Assembly: GCF_036321535.1 (NCBI RefSeq)
Contig: NC_087436.1
Location: 14,756,001-14,820,000 of the forward strand
Direction: 5' to 3'
From: Camelus dromedarius
Taxonomy: Eukaryota
Length of the DNA: 64,000 bases
A program made the position numbers and the translations under genes. The notes beneath the pieces are model-generated. The model was not told the origin of the DNA, searched no databases, and saw only the letters and a program-made list of their open reading frames with translations. Shown one piece after another: positions 38,101 through 51,540 of this stretch; the stretch's first letter is position 1, and each line of letters opens with the position of its first letter.

Positions 38101-38379
38101 GAGTTGGCAAGGTTTGCTGATGGCTGGAATAGAGGGAGATACTGAGGGGACGAGGGTAGTCAGGAGAGTTTCTGGTAAAGCACTCCCCCATGACAGGCAC
38201 AGAGAAGACACTTACATATGGTGCAGTGGGAAACACCGAGGGGTAGTGTTCTGAACACAATAATGCTGCCCAATAGACATGTAGGTCTAAGGATTAAATT
38301 CGGGACCCCAAGACCTTTATAAACAATTCTGGGTATTTATGAATTCATCAATTCACATTTTGAACTTACCAAATCTACT

Positions 38380-39030
38380 ACTTGTTTATTTGTTCATTAT
38401 TTAATTTTTACTTTGACAGATTTTTAAAGCATCAACTATGTGTTAGGCACAATGTTAAGTGATGAGGCTGTGAAAATGGGCAAATCCTTGCATGGACTCT
38501 GCCTTGTGGACCATACAACCTCGTGGGAGAATAAATGGCAGTCCGGTAATCAATCACATGTATCAGTGTGAACGTGTGGGTGCGGTAAGTGCTGTGAAGA
38601 AAGGCACCTGGTGCTCTGTGAACCTGTGGTGGGAGGTTTGACCCTCAGGAGGTCAGAGTAGGCATCTCTGAGGAAGGAAAATTTGAGCTGATTGCTGGAA
38701 GATGATGGGCTGTTCCATCAGGCGCAGAGTGGGTGACAGAGCCGACCAAGCCAAGAAAATGGCAAGTGCAAAGTCCCCGTGGCAGGAAATGGCAGATACA
38801 AAGGCCTGTGTTGGGGAGATGGGCATGGATGGAGGAGCCAAGGGCTCAGTGTGACTGGAGCAGAGAGAGGAAAGGGAGGAACTTAAGGAGAGTCTGCAAA
38901 ACTAAGGAGGGTACAGACTCTTTAGAGGCCGCTCAGGGAGATGTCCTTATCCTGGGAACAGAGCTGCTGACATGATTTAGGCAGAGGGAGTGACCAGATC
39001 AGATCTGTGTTTTGAAGAGAAACCATACAA
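38380..39030 (-). mobile_element. L2 LINE 3' region
   Basis: 'ttgtttatttgttcatt...actatgtgttaggcacaatgttaagtgatgagg...gcagagggagtgaccagatcagatctgtgtttt'. Confidence 0.8.
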
Positions 39031-39624
39031 GCTTCTTGGCCTTTTTTCTTCCACTGGTTCACTCAGAGGACTGCAGAGTGACTCTGGCTTTTCCCAAACA
39101 GCAAGTTTCTGCCTTTGTGGGAGGGAAGTCTGGGCACTGTCCTGCTGGAGATGCTCATAAAACTTTCAACACAGGTGAAAATGGATGGGGGTGGAGGTGG
39201 GGTGCTTCCTGGAACAGACACCGGGACCGTCCATTTCCCCTTCTGTGCTCTAAGCAAACTCGCAGAAATATGTTCTAAGTGCCTTCAGGAAGCAAAGGTG
39301 TAATTAATCAAGAACAGCCCAAACAGCCCTCATAAACCTTTTTGATCCCAGAGGAATGAGAAGCTGTAGCAGATGAGACCAGGCCAGGGCTGCTCAGGGC
39401 ACTGAGTTCTGTGAGCTCCTCTCCTGGCGGGGCTCTGCTTCATCCTGCTCCCCTCTGAGCCCTCTGGAGCCCCAGTGAGGTTAGGAGGGGGCAGAGCAAG
39501 AGGGAACAAAGGTGCCGCAGTCAATGAAACAGGAGGAAGAGGAAGGGAGGCGAGAGTCAGGAAGGAAAAGGGGGTCACGGTGTCAAATGCAGGGCCCTTG
39601 AGGAAAGAGGGTCCAAGGAGAGCT

Positions 39625-39790
39625 CTGGCACCGATTCCAGGCTTCACTCTGTACCTAACCCACTGCGTGACCTCAGGCAGATGACGCAGCCTCTCTGTTG
39701 GCCTCTGTGTCCTCATCCATAAGGAGGGCTTTCCCAAGGGTGTCCACACACTTGGGGGCTGTGGTCAGGGAGGTTTGTGAATACAGATGA
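39625..39790 (+). mobile_element. MIR SINE, degraded
   Basis: 'ctgcgtgacctcaggcagatgacgcagcctctctg...gcctctgtgtcctcatccataa'. Confidence 0.65.
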
Positions 39791-40347
39791 TGCAACTTCC
39801 TGTGGAGAAGCAACCTTTTTGAGAGGAAAAAAACATGTTATTCTTCTATTAAAACAAATACAGATGCTTTGGCTCAGAATGCAACATTTATATATATATT
39901 TTTAAAAGTGATGCAATAAGCAACGTGAAGAAAATTGGTTCACGTTCTCTCCCTTATTGTTCAGGGTGCCTGAGCAGGGAGGGCTGGGAGGCGCTGGATT
40001 AGATGTGCTCTAAGATGCCCTCCAGCCCCTTGGTCTCGTGACTCTTTGGTTTTATGATGACAGTCCAGGAGAAGGAGGATTAAGCAATCTGGACTAGGAA
40101 AGAATTTAGGCAACGCTTTTAGGTTTCAGGACTGATCATTAATGTGAGCGTTCAGCTGCGCCCCAGGCTCTCTCCTGTCCTGGCTTTGAAACATGCTCCT
40201 TTCCAGGGAAAGACCTTGTCTTTCCAGCCAGCCTGGCTTCCTCCTCCTTGTGCCATCATTGCTGTCTGAGTGGCCCCTCCTGGGTCTCCGTCCTTCCTGC
40301 CTCAGTCCTCCAAACTGTTGACTGAGGCTCTGCCCAGCCCCCTGCAG

Positions 40348-40421
40348 CCCACAGAAATCGCCACACAGCTCAACGTTTGCACCCACAGAAATCGCCACAC
40401 AGCTCAACGTTTGCACCCACA
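40348..40421. repeat. Perfect 34-bp tandem duplication (2.2 copies)
   Basis: cccacagaaatcgccacacagctcaacgtttgca at 40348-40381 and 40382-40415, then cccaca. Confidence 0.97.
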
Positions 40422-41377
40422 CCCCCAAGGTATGCTGGATCCCTGCTTCCCGGCCCATCGTGTTCATCTGTTGTTTAACAGGCCTTCATGTTGTTTGGAG
40501 AACGAAGCCCCAGCGTGCAAACAAGCCCTTCCCCCGTACCCTTGCTGACTTTTGTCACTTGATGTCTCATAACTCACTGAGCTTTGCTCTGGACTGTGGT
40601 TACGCCCAGCAACTCGTAGTTTCTCAAAGTGCCGCAACTGTCCCGTGTCTTTGTTTTCGTTTCCCAGAACGTTGTTTTTCTGGAGTGCTTCTAGCCCTTC
40701 CTATATGAAAAATTTCCCTTTATCCTGCAAGAATCAGTTCAGTTGGCTCCCCTCAGAGAAACCTCTCCTGGCCTCCCATGGCTTCCCTGTGTGACGTCAC
40801 TGCCCCTCAGAAACAGCTCTGCATCACCACCAACCTTATTTCTAAGGTCACATGTTTGCATGTCTCCTGGGTGAACAATAGCTCATGGAAGACCCTGAGT
40901 GTTGCCCCGTATGTAACAGGGTATAAGCCCAGATCAGTGAATCCAGTTGAATGAATACATGCCTGGATGAGAGAAAGGGGGAGGGCAGTGGTCACACTCT
41001 GCTTCCATAAATACCCCCTCGCACCCTCATAAGCCCGAGCAAAGAGGGTGGGTACCACTCCAAGCATGGATGTACTGATCAATTTCATCATTCGCTCATC
41101 CTTTGACTCATCTTACAGAACAGCTACTATTCACTCGTTAATTTATTTGAAATGATTTGCACTGTTGAGAATTAAGCCTGAACAAATAGACAAAGGGAAG
41201 AAACAGACAATAAAGGAAATATTTACTACATCAAATTTTGATGTATGTTTGTCAAGGAAGAAACAGCAAGGCCAGAGGCTAGATCATATAGGGCATCTTA
41301 GGTCATCACTGTTAGGAGCTACTGAGTGACGAGAGGAGTGGCCTGGCAGCTTTCACGTTTAAAAGACTCACTCTGTA

Positions 41378-42370
41378 TTGTGCTCCCTGATTTCAAATGG
41401 TACTACAGAGCTACAGTCATCAAACCAGTGTGGTACTGGCACAAACACACACGCACATCAACAGAGCAGAATCGGGAACCCAGAAATAAACCCACTTATA
41501 AGGTCAATTAATCTATGACAAAGGAGACAAGAATACTGGGAAAAGGCAGCCTCTTCAATAAGTGGTGCTGGGAGAGCTGGACAGCTATATGTCAAAAAAA
41601 AAAAAAAATCAAACTAGACTACTTTCTCATCCCATATAAAAAAATAAACTCAAAATGGATTGGAGACTTACATGGAAGCCCTGAAACCATAAAACTTTTA
41701 GAAGAAAACACAGGTAGTACATTCTTTGACATCAGTCTTAGCAATGTATTTTTTTGGCTATATCTTCTCAGGCAAAGGAAACAAAAATTAAAATAAACAA
41801 ATGGGGCCATATCAGACAAAAAAACTTTTTCACAGTGAAGGAAACCATCAACAAAATGGAAAGGCAGCCTACTGAATGGCAGAAGCTATTTACAAATGAT
41901 ATATCTGATAAGGGGTTGATATCTAAGATATATAAAGAATTCATACAACTCAACGCCAAAAAAACACAATTAAGTTAAAAAATCAGCAGAGGACCTGAAT
42001 AGACGTTTTCCCAAAGAAGACATACAGAGGGCCAACAAGCACATGGAAAGATACTCAACATCATCAGGGAAATGAAAATCAAAATCACAGTAAGATGTCA
42101 CCTCACACCTGTCAGAATGGCTATCATCAAAAAAAGAACAAATAATCAGTGTTGACGAGGACATGGAGAAAAGGGAACCCTTGTACACTGTTGGTGAGAA
42201 TGTAAACTGATGCAGCCACTATGGAAAACACTATGGTGATTCCTCAAAAAATTAAAAATAGAACGACTTTATGATCCAGGAATTTCACTTCTGGGTACTT
42301 TTTCCAAAGAAAACAAAAACACTAATTTGAAAAGATATATGTATCCTAATGTTCATAGCAGCATTATCTA
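41378..42370 (+). mobile_element. LINE-1 ORF2 3' segment, lacking 3' UTR and tail
   Basis: 'LPDFKWYYRATVIKPVWYWHK', '[11 protein letters not shown]', 'ETINKMERQPTEWQKLFTNDISDKGLISKIYKE' are L1 ORF2 motifs, frameshifted. Confidence 0.95.
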
Positions 42371-42869
42371 TTTTCACTTCCACAGAAGAGAGAAAAATAA
42401 AATTTATTTTCATTATTGGCAAGTCAAAAGAAGGACCCCAGTACTCAGTGTGGTCAAATATGGTCTCCAAGATAAAGTCTGCACAGAAGAAAGAAAACTC
42501 ACTTCAAAGTAGCATTCCAGGAATGTCAAACTGCCCGGAAAACCTTCCGTTTGTGTGTGCTGGCCAGAGATCAGAGACCTAACACAAGCCTCAGGGATGG
42601 TGAATGAAGATTAAAAAATAGCTAAGTGCTGCCCAAATTTGTCATAGAAAGTGTGTGAGGTCACACAATGGCCCGGCTCCTCAGGGTTCGCCTCCTCTCT
42701 CTGCACCTTCCTCTCGCCCTGGGTGGGCAGGACTTCCCGCTAGAGGTTGGCTGACTTCTGACTGGGAGCCAAAGCCTTGACCTGGGACCCATTCAAATAA
42801 CACTTAATTCTCCATTAATCTGTCTAAAAATTGCACAGAATATCAACGCTGATGAGAAGGCATCCAGAC

Positions 42870-43214
42870 CAGTATGGTCCAACATTAGGTCACACGTCAT
42901 GTCTAAACATCCAACAAGCCGCACTTGCAAGTCACATTTATAATTTAAATTTTTCTAGTAGGTACACTTAAGAAAAGTAAAAGAAACAGGTAAAATTCAT
43001 TTTAATTTAACCTAATTGTATTTACCCAAATATTATCATTTCAGCATGTAATCAATATTAAAAAAAATTGGGCATTTTACATTCTTTGTATTATACTAAG
43101 TCTTTCAAACCTAGTGTGTACTTCACCCTTGCAACACATCTCAATTCATAATCGTCACATTCCAAGTGTCCAATATTCTCATGTGACTGGTGGCTACTGT
43201 ATTGGATAGTGCAG
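42870..43214. mobile_element. MER33-like hAT-Charlie element
   Basis: 'aatttaaattttctagtag...aaagtaaaagaaacaggtaaaatt' and the terminal 'catgtgactggtggctactgtattggatagtgcag'. Confidence 0.8.
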
Positions 43215-43469
43215 ATCTAGACCACACCCTTCAGTAGACAGATGGGGAGGCTGAATATTAGATGGAAAGGAATGAAATGGCAAAGACCGTTCAGCTTGTC
43301 AGCCCAAAGAGCTGGCTCCTAGTCCAAAGAGTTTCTCAAATGTTCCGCTGTTCGAAAGCTTTGTCTACTTAACTGTCCCTTGGTATCTTAATTTCCACAC
43401 CTCAGTCACAAGAAGCCCATCCTGGTCTCAGCTTTTCAATCCCTTTCTTTGAATTTTGCTTAATGATTT

Positions 43470-43615
43470 TGGGTGCCTCAGAATCACTAAGGGGCATGTT
43501 CATAAAGCAGTTTCCCTGATCCCAATTCTCAGAAATTCTGATTTAGTAGGCTACTGTGGAACGCTGGAACTCGCCTTTTTAAAAAGCCCCTGGTGATTAT
43601 AATGCCATCTGTCCC
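43470..43615. mobile_element. MER5-like MITE
   Basis: 'tgcctcagaatcact...cagaaattctgatttagtagg...ttttaaaaagcccctggtgattataatgc'. Confidence 0.7.
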
Positions 43616-44476
43616 CAGGCCAACTTCAAGAAACAGCCTTCTTAGCTTCTTAGTTGTCATGGAGTCCTAAAGTCCTTAAGGGAGATTTTGAAAAGATTGC
43701 CACAGGGTGTTTAGAAAGTCATATTTCAAAAACTGCTTTATTTTTTCTTCCCATATTCTTTGGGTGTGTAGAACCCTCCCAGCCTTGACTTCTTTCAAAT
43801 TGGAATATTCTTTTTGTTGTATCCTCTGGAGTCTAAGATCCTGGAGGGAAGGATGGGAATCTTGGTTTCGCATTTTCCCCCAGGGACGAACCTAGAGTGG
43901 CAGGAGTGAATGCTTGTTGAATGAATGAAGGAACAAATGAATAAATGACTGAATGTTGTGGAAACTCTCATATCAAAGGTGCAAAAGAACACAGTCATAA
44001 TTCTTCGACTCTTCTACTTTCCTTCGACCCTGTTTTGCACATAGCTGATTTGCTTTGGGTCTTTGTGACTTTGCATCTTGGGGCCAGAAGAAAAAGAAGA
44101 AATGCTAAGAATATTAGGAGAGTGTCTTTAACAAGTACATAGGAGGCTTATAAAGAAGTTAGAAGTTGCTTTCTTGGGTGAAGCCTCCAAGAAAGGGAGG
44201 CTGAGCTCCTGTGCCTGGAGCAAAGTGAGTCTTAGTTTAAATCCTGAAATGACTCTGGCACCTGGAGATATAAAATAATTTATCTTTATGATTTGACCTT
44301 TGAGAGATTGGTTATCCTCTAGGTGCAAAAGGGAAAAACCTGGAAGGCCTGAGGCTAGCTGGTGGAATTTAATCTTTCATTGAGTGCCTAATACTACGCA
44401 TAGGATGTTGTTTTAAAATATTAAAATAGGCCATTGTTGGAACTGATTTCCCTTCCTTACTGCCATGCTTCTGTTA

Positions 44477-44592
44477 CACCATCTCCACCATCACCAGCAT
44501 CACGGCTCTACCACCACCTCCACCATCACCTCCCCAGCCCTACCAATGCATCATCACCACGTCTACCACCATCATCATCCTCTTCATCATCT
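44477..44592. repeat. Degenerate (CAC/CAT)n low-complexity tract
   Basis: 'caccatctccaccatcaccagcatcac...caccatcatcatcctcttcatcatc'. Confidence 0.8.
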
Positions 44593-47368
44593 CTCTCTGT
44601 GAAGAGTTTCTTCTCCTGACCCAAGCCACCCTCCAGAGACATCCTGAGTCTATCTGTAAGGTCTGCGTAGCTAAGTGGGGGTGGTCTGCAGTCCAAAGAG
44701 GCAGGTACATATGGGAGAGCTAAAAATAATTCCCTGTACACACAGAACCTAATTTTATTTTTGTTAATAAAAGAAATGATGGTTAATGGCTGTTTTACAC
44801 CTACTCTTCAAATATCTATAAAGTTAATTAATATTCTTTATGGCTAACAGCACAGACAGCACTATAAAAATATCTTAATACATCAGCAAATATTATTTAA
44901 TTATGAAATCCCTTCATCTCTATCTGCGTAGGATCTCCCACCCCTCTGCTGTCTTCACAAGGCTGCTGGAAGTTATGTCTTGTACAGCCTCCTGCTTGGA
45001 GCATGTTCCTTGCCTCCTGCCCTGTTGCTCCCAGGGGATTTGATAAATCACATGGAGAAAACTGAACTCAGCAGGTGACTAGAGCCAGCAGGGGACTGAG
45101 GAAGCTTTCAGGTCTTGTCCCTGGCCCCTGGCCGGACACAGCTCCCTCTGCCATCCAGTCATGATCACTATGGCCTTTGTAGGAGACTTGGAGCCTCCAC
45201 GTGGAAATTTCAGGGGACTTGCTCCTCTGGAGGTCTTAGGGTGGAGGAAGGGGGTGGCTGTGTAAGCCAGGCCCCTGGGAGTGTCCCAGAGGTGCCCACA
45301 CAGCCCTGGCTTCCTTGGTCTCATGTCCCATGCACAGGGGTAGAGGTTGAGGGGCTGGTAATCAGAACAGGATCTAACACGTTACAAGGCTCAAAAATCA
45401 CGGTGATTGATGAATGTGTCTGCTGGGTCTCTTCCTGATGGTTTGGTCTCTTTCTGTAACTGCTCAGGCAGTAAAGACCTTGCTCCTTCAGACTCACCAG
45501 GATGCTCTTCTGTCTCCATGCCATTATCATCAGGGAAAATGATGTGAAGTTGTGTTGAACTGTGAGGCACCTAAATCTATGAGGTTATATCATGGCTGAG
45601 ACTTGGCATCCATAGATTAACATTGTCACTTTCTGGGTTGGTTTGTCTGTTTTCCAACCCAAAGTTCACTGCATGGAGAGTCTACCATTTCAGTGTGGTT
45701 CTGAATTGAACATCACTGAGGCACTGATGTGGGTGGTGAGCCCACCCGGTTGCCTGGCAACCACATAGTGGCCAGCTTTTTGTTGTCGTTTACTTACTGG
45801 GTTTCTGAGGAAAGATGATGAATTTGGGGATCCCTAAGAGTCTCATAACATAAAAGTTTATTGTACTGTTTCTCAGTGTTTGCAAAAAGCATGGAAGGGG
45901 AAAAAACCCAACCGAACAAGCATATTCCTCCACCCCTCACCCACACCCAAAGGACCCTGAGGTCTTGAATATAAACTATTGAGAGCCTTGGGGCACCTGG
46001 CATGGGTTTGTGCCATGAGCTTGTTCTGGTTCTCTGGTAATAATTTTGGATGGACTCCCAGATCCAAATTCCATTAAATACCCATTATGGTGAGCTGGGC
46101 TGCAGGGAGTGTCCAGTGGGTTGATTTATAAATCTGTGCAAAGTGATGGGCCTGTTAGACAGGAGGCAGAGAGGCAGGGTGAAGTCCCAAGAGTGAGCCG
46201 GGTGATGATGCTACGTGATTAGATCAGACATTTGCTCCAGAAAGTATTTCTTTCTCTCTCTCCCACAGTTCTGTTTCCAACATCTAAACAAGACCTTGAA
46301 AGTTTAAACAGATGAAATTCCTCTGGGCAGAGTTTGCTTTACTGATATTATTTGGATGCATTCTGTTCATAGTGAGCAGCTGGGTATTGATCTGATTAGC
46401 CGAGAGTTAGAAAAGTTAACTCACCCTTCTTCCATCTCCTGGGTGATGGGAACCACGGGTGATGTCTACAAAGGAAATTCACTTTGCCTGGATGAGAGAG
46501 CTTTCCTTTTGGGGTCGTGACGTGGAGAAACTTCAAACTTAACCCAAGGACAATTTAAGTCATTCATTCACTCAAAATTCGTTTATCGAGTAGGTTAGAC
46601 ACAATGGGAATAAGAAGATACAAAGGTCTAAAACCGCTATGAAAGTCTACTAGGGTTCTGTTGAAAATATCACATGGGTCCAAGGATCTATCATGGAAAA
46701 CAAAAATATCTGGACAATCTAGTGAAAAGTCACCCAAAGGGACATTTGACAGTCTGTAGGAAAATTAGTTGTCAGATTGCATTTTATCCTGTTCTCTCAG
46801 CTCCATAGTCTCACTGGCTAGGGCTTGAGGAGGGGTAAAGCAAGATGTTTTCCTGGGAGGGGCTTATTTAATTGAAGGATTTGTTTTTGCTTTTGTTTTT
46901 GTTACTGGTAGAAACCATTCATGGATTCCCTGTCACCTACTCTTCTTCTGCTTACTTGTCCCTCACCTTCTCCTCCATCATTTTCATTGAGAGGGAGAAA
47001 GAGAGGGAAACTGAGGGGAGATGGAGAAAGCTTGGATTGAGCTGAGCTCAAAAAGCCAGTGCCCCAAGCAGGACTGAGCTGGGACTGGTGTCAGACGCGG
47101 GGACGGAGCATCAGGTTGGCTCGGGGCTGCCTATGGCTGGAACTGCTGGACTGGGAGTCCTACGTCCTGTAGGTGGGGTGAGGTGTGGGCAGAGGTGGGC
47201 GGGGATGCATTGGTCCTGAAGGGCATGGAGGTCAAAGTTCAGAAGGAGCCAGATGACACGGAAGAAAGATACTGAGTGTCAAGGGGATGGAGGGATCTCT
47301 GCTCCCTCTTGGCACTGGGACCTGTGCACCCTACTTTCCCCACCTGGGCTGCTTTCCTCTTTGTTTTG

Positions 47369-48258
47369 TGTAATGAAAAAAACAACAGTTTTCCCGTGTG
47401 TCTCCTTTATTCTACCCCCGCTACCACACTCACAGCAGTTCTGACACCAGAAATGTAGGTTTTCTCCCACATCGAGCAATTCTTACAACACCAGCTTTGC
47501 ATCCTATGATTCAACCCAACTCTGGCACTAACTGGAATTAGCGAAGACCCCACAGGTTTAGGGCTCAGCCCCCACCCCCAGATGCCAGTTGCAAGTAATA
47601 GGTTCCTAGGTACCCACGACTTCTCTCTGACTTGGCTACAAATTGGAGGTTCCCATGACCCTCCCCTTAGATTCAGCTATTTGCCAGAACAGCTCACAGA
47701 ACTCAGGGAAACACATTTCCCAGTTTCTTATGTAATAAAGGATGTGATAAAGAATACAGATAAACAGCCAGATGAAGAGATACAAAGGACCCCGAAAGGG
47801 TCCCGAGTGCAGGGGCTTCTGTCCCTGCGGAGCTGGGGTGTGTCACCCCCCCCACATGTGTCAATGTGTTCACCAACCTGGAAACTCTCAGGACGTTGTG
47901 CTTTGGGGCTTTTCCTGGGGTCTTCATCACATAGGCTTGATGGGTCATTAACTCAGTTTCCAGACCTCTTCCCTTTGGGGGTGGGATGGGGCTGAAAGCT
48001 CCATGCTTCTATTCATGGCTTGATCCTTCTGGTGACCAGCCCCATCCAGGAACCATCCAGGGTCACCTCATTAGAACAAAAGACACTATCACCCAGGAAA
48101 TTCCAAGGGAGTCAGGAACCAGAATATTACTGGTTAAATATTAAAACAAAAGACGCTCCTTCTTGGTGACCCCATCACTTACGAAATCAGAAGAATTTTA
48201 AGAATTCTGTGCCAGAAACTAAGGGCAGAGACCAATATATGTTTTCTGTTACGTCATA
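47369..48258 (-). mobile_element. MER21-like solo LTR (about 890 bp)
   Basis: 'ttctgacaccagaaatgt', 'cttggctacaaattggaggttcccatgacc', 'agctcacagaactcagggaaacac', 'cagccagatgaagagatac', ending 'ggcagagaccaatatatgttttctgttacgtcata' (reverse of the MER21 5' end). Confidence 0.85.
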
Positions 48259-50479
48259 TGTTGCTCGAGCCGATTGCCTCTTCTCCCAAGACACCTTTTC
48301 TGACCCCAAAGGCCCTTCCTGTGGGTCTCAGGCATCCGTGCTCCCCCTCACTGTGGTCCTCACCACACACTGCGTGGTTGCTTCTTCCCCGTGGGTACCA
48401 CCCAGGAACCTGAAAGCTTTCCAAGGGAAGGGGTCTCACCCATCGTGGTCTCCACGTTATTCATTATTCCAAGTCCCTGGCTCAGCTCAGGGTGTGGGCT
48501 TGTGAATACTGGATGAGAGAGTGTCAAATAAATGTTAGGCCCTGATGTGTGTTGCTGGAAAAGGAAAGGCCTCAGTCCTTTCCCAGAGAACATAAATTCC
48601 TATCAGAAGACTTCTGCCCCGTAATCCTTCATACAGATGACTGGGGAAGGCGAGCCAGCTATTTCCCATCCACTCTCATTTCTTCACTGACCTGGAGGCG
48701 CCTGCTCCTGCACTGGGCAACCCGCACCGGGTGATCTGAAATGCACTTTGTTGGATTGCTTCTTCCCGGCGTGCCACCCGCAGCCTTCAGACCGTTAACA
48801 GAACATTCTCTAGACGTTCGTCAAACTTCCAACATCAAGCAGTCCTGTTTCAGCCCATGACTTCCTGTAACCGGGTCCTGCCGACTTCTCACTAGTACAT
48901 TAAAAATAAAAAGTACACCCAGAGTGGCTCCTACCCCCCGCTCTCCAGTGACCTCAGCCTCACGACCGGGGAAACTGACTCAAACTCAGGAAAAGCACTG
49001 CTGGTGTCACCAAGAGGAGAACCGAGGAAACTCCTGGGCTGGCGCGGGGATATTAACAAATCCATTAGACTGGATCATCTGCCCTCTTTTCTTTAGGGAA
49101 TTTGAATGTTCAAGTGCTTTAAAGTGGAGATAAAACAACCCAGGATTCATGTCCCTGTCTTTCTGAAGAGTTTCCTTATAGAAACTCCAATAACCTCTGC
49201 AGTTTCTTGAAGGTTAAAACTATTCTTTCTCAAAAAAGGAAAAAACTATCTTTTTTTCTCTTCATCACTTTTCTCCTTCAACACCTGAAAAGGGAGGTGA
49301 ATTTCTGCCCCACTTTGATTCTTAACAAGAGAATCTCTTTCCTACTCTCACTCTCTGGCAATTTGAGCATTTAAAAAAGCAGAGAATGATTTCTTCAACT
49401 AATCCTTCAAGACGACTTTGGGGTCTCTCTCCCCCTACTCTCTTTTTGCTTGTTTTTATTGGTTATTTAATAGGCTAGCAAATTTTGGATTTGAGCACCT
49501 GAGATCCCTTGCTAGCCGCATGCTGAGCTCATTATGCAAAACTCACTTACAGAAGAAAATGCCTTGAACTTCCTGGGTCTCAGCACCGAGAGAGTTTTTT
49601 TTTTTTAAAAAGCTCTGGTTCTGGTTTCTTAACTGGCCTCCTGCAGCTCTGAGATGGCATATTACAGCTGGCATCCGGTCCCACTGGTATGAGGGTAAGG
49701 TCATTGCAAACTTCGAGCACTTCCAGGAAGTCTGAGAGAGACTCAGTCCTGGAACCTGGGAATTAGGCAAGGTGTGGGAATAGGGGTGATCTGATTCAAA
49801 GCGTACCTCCAGAGCACTGAAGTGTTTTACCGGTGACTTCCCGGAGGGACTGGGGACAAATGAGCCCTGCCCTTTCAGCCCCTGCTTCTGCTCTGCTGGT
49901 GGAGAGGTGGGAACAGGGGCAACAAATGCTGTATGAGGCCTAAGGCAGGTTGAAGAGAAATTCCTGCTTCCTGAACCCTTCCACAGGTCAAGGTCTTGAG
50001 GTTTCAATTAAGCCATTTTCTTTGAAGATTTTTGACTTGCATTAATTCCCTGAAGAAGTTCATTGACTTTCCAAAGCAACATCCCTCCTAAGGGTGGTTT
50101 GCTCTCGGAAGGGGAATTTTAATACCATTGTCTGTCATTTATCTCCTACATCGTTTCTGGGAAGACATAGTGTAGAAAAGGCATCAGGAAGCCCTCCGTA
50201 TAATAGTTCCTTCACCCTTGAATCATCTCCGGAGAGGTCAGGGGAGGGGCTGAGAGTTCAGTCCTCCTCCACCACTTGCTCCTTTTTGGAAGCCAAGAAA
50301 TTGAAATGTGTCTGGCGACGGCCAGAAGCAGCCAGCCTCAGGGCTGCCCCCTCCACCTGACCTTGTCCGTTTTCTCAAGATGAGGACCCTCGGCTCCCAA
50401 GAACCCAACTTGTGATTTTCCTTGGTTTAAATCATTCTCATAGATGCCATTTCTATTTATAGCACAAGGAGCTCCCCCC

Positions 50480-51540
50480 ATAAGTCTGTTTTTTAATTAA
50501 AAATGTAATATAGGAACCTGGTAAAAAAAATTATATGAATGAATTTACTGTAAAAAATATTCAAGATGAGTCTTCCAGACTCCTCCTTTCCCAGAGGTGA
50601 CCACATTCTCCTTAATGTCTTTCTAGAAATAGTCTATTTCCAGGCATATAAGTGTTTGTAGGTACACACACACACACACACACACATAGAGTTTACATTT
50701 CAAAGATTGCTTTTCCCACAGAGAGGGGAAAAAGCCTCTGGAGATGTATTTAATAAATTTTATAATTCTTAATGCTGGTTTAGCATGGACAATGATATTA
50801 AAATCTACTACTCATTCTCAATAGGAAAAGTGCTCTTTTTCATATATTCTTTACATAAATATTTCCTTTATTCATATACATATATATCCTTTTGTTTTGA
50901 TATAAATGTTAGCATATTACATAGTTTTTTTCCCTTTTTAAAACTTTGTGATAGTTCTTGGATTTGTACTAATATATAAAAGTTTATGTATCAATACATA
51001 GAAATAAATCTATTTTATTCTTCTTTAACTGTTACATGGCATTCTTTAACTAATTCATAATCTTTGGACCATTCAGCATTTCCCGTATTTTGCTATCATA
51101 ATGCCATGATGAATATCTCGGTACAGACTGTCAACATGTTTAAGTGTATTTGTGAGATGAATTTGTAGGAATCGCCGGGTCAAAGAGCTTGTGCATTTTA
51201 ATATCTGATACACACTGACGAGTTTTGCTCTCCAAAGAAGTTGTTGCATATTAAGCTTCACCAATTACATGAGTGTTTCTTGGTATCTTTACCAGCACAC
51301 TGTATTACCAAACTTTTTGATCTCTGTCAACCTGATAGGTTAACAGTTGTATCTCACTCTTGTTTTAATTATAATTATTTAATTTGAAATAAGAATGGGA
51401 ATCTTTGCTGGGTTGGAAACCCATTTGTATTTCTTTATCTGTGGGCTCCCTTTGCATAATCTGCCCATTTTTTTCCCCTGTTAAACTGTTGGTTATTTTC
51501 TTGATGATTCGTAAAAGTCCTTTATCTACTGAGAAAATGA
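50480..51540 (-). mobile_element. Old L1ME-like fragment(s) with (CA)n at about 50664-50686
   Basis: 'ttcccgtattttgctatcataatgccatgatgaatatc', 'ccagcacactgtattaccaaactttttgatctctgtcaacctgatagg'. Confidence 0.65.

Noticed and set aside
40348..40421. 34-bp direct repeat as a CRISPR-like array
   Set aside because: The copies are adjacent with no spacers, there are no cas genes, and the context is mammalian.
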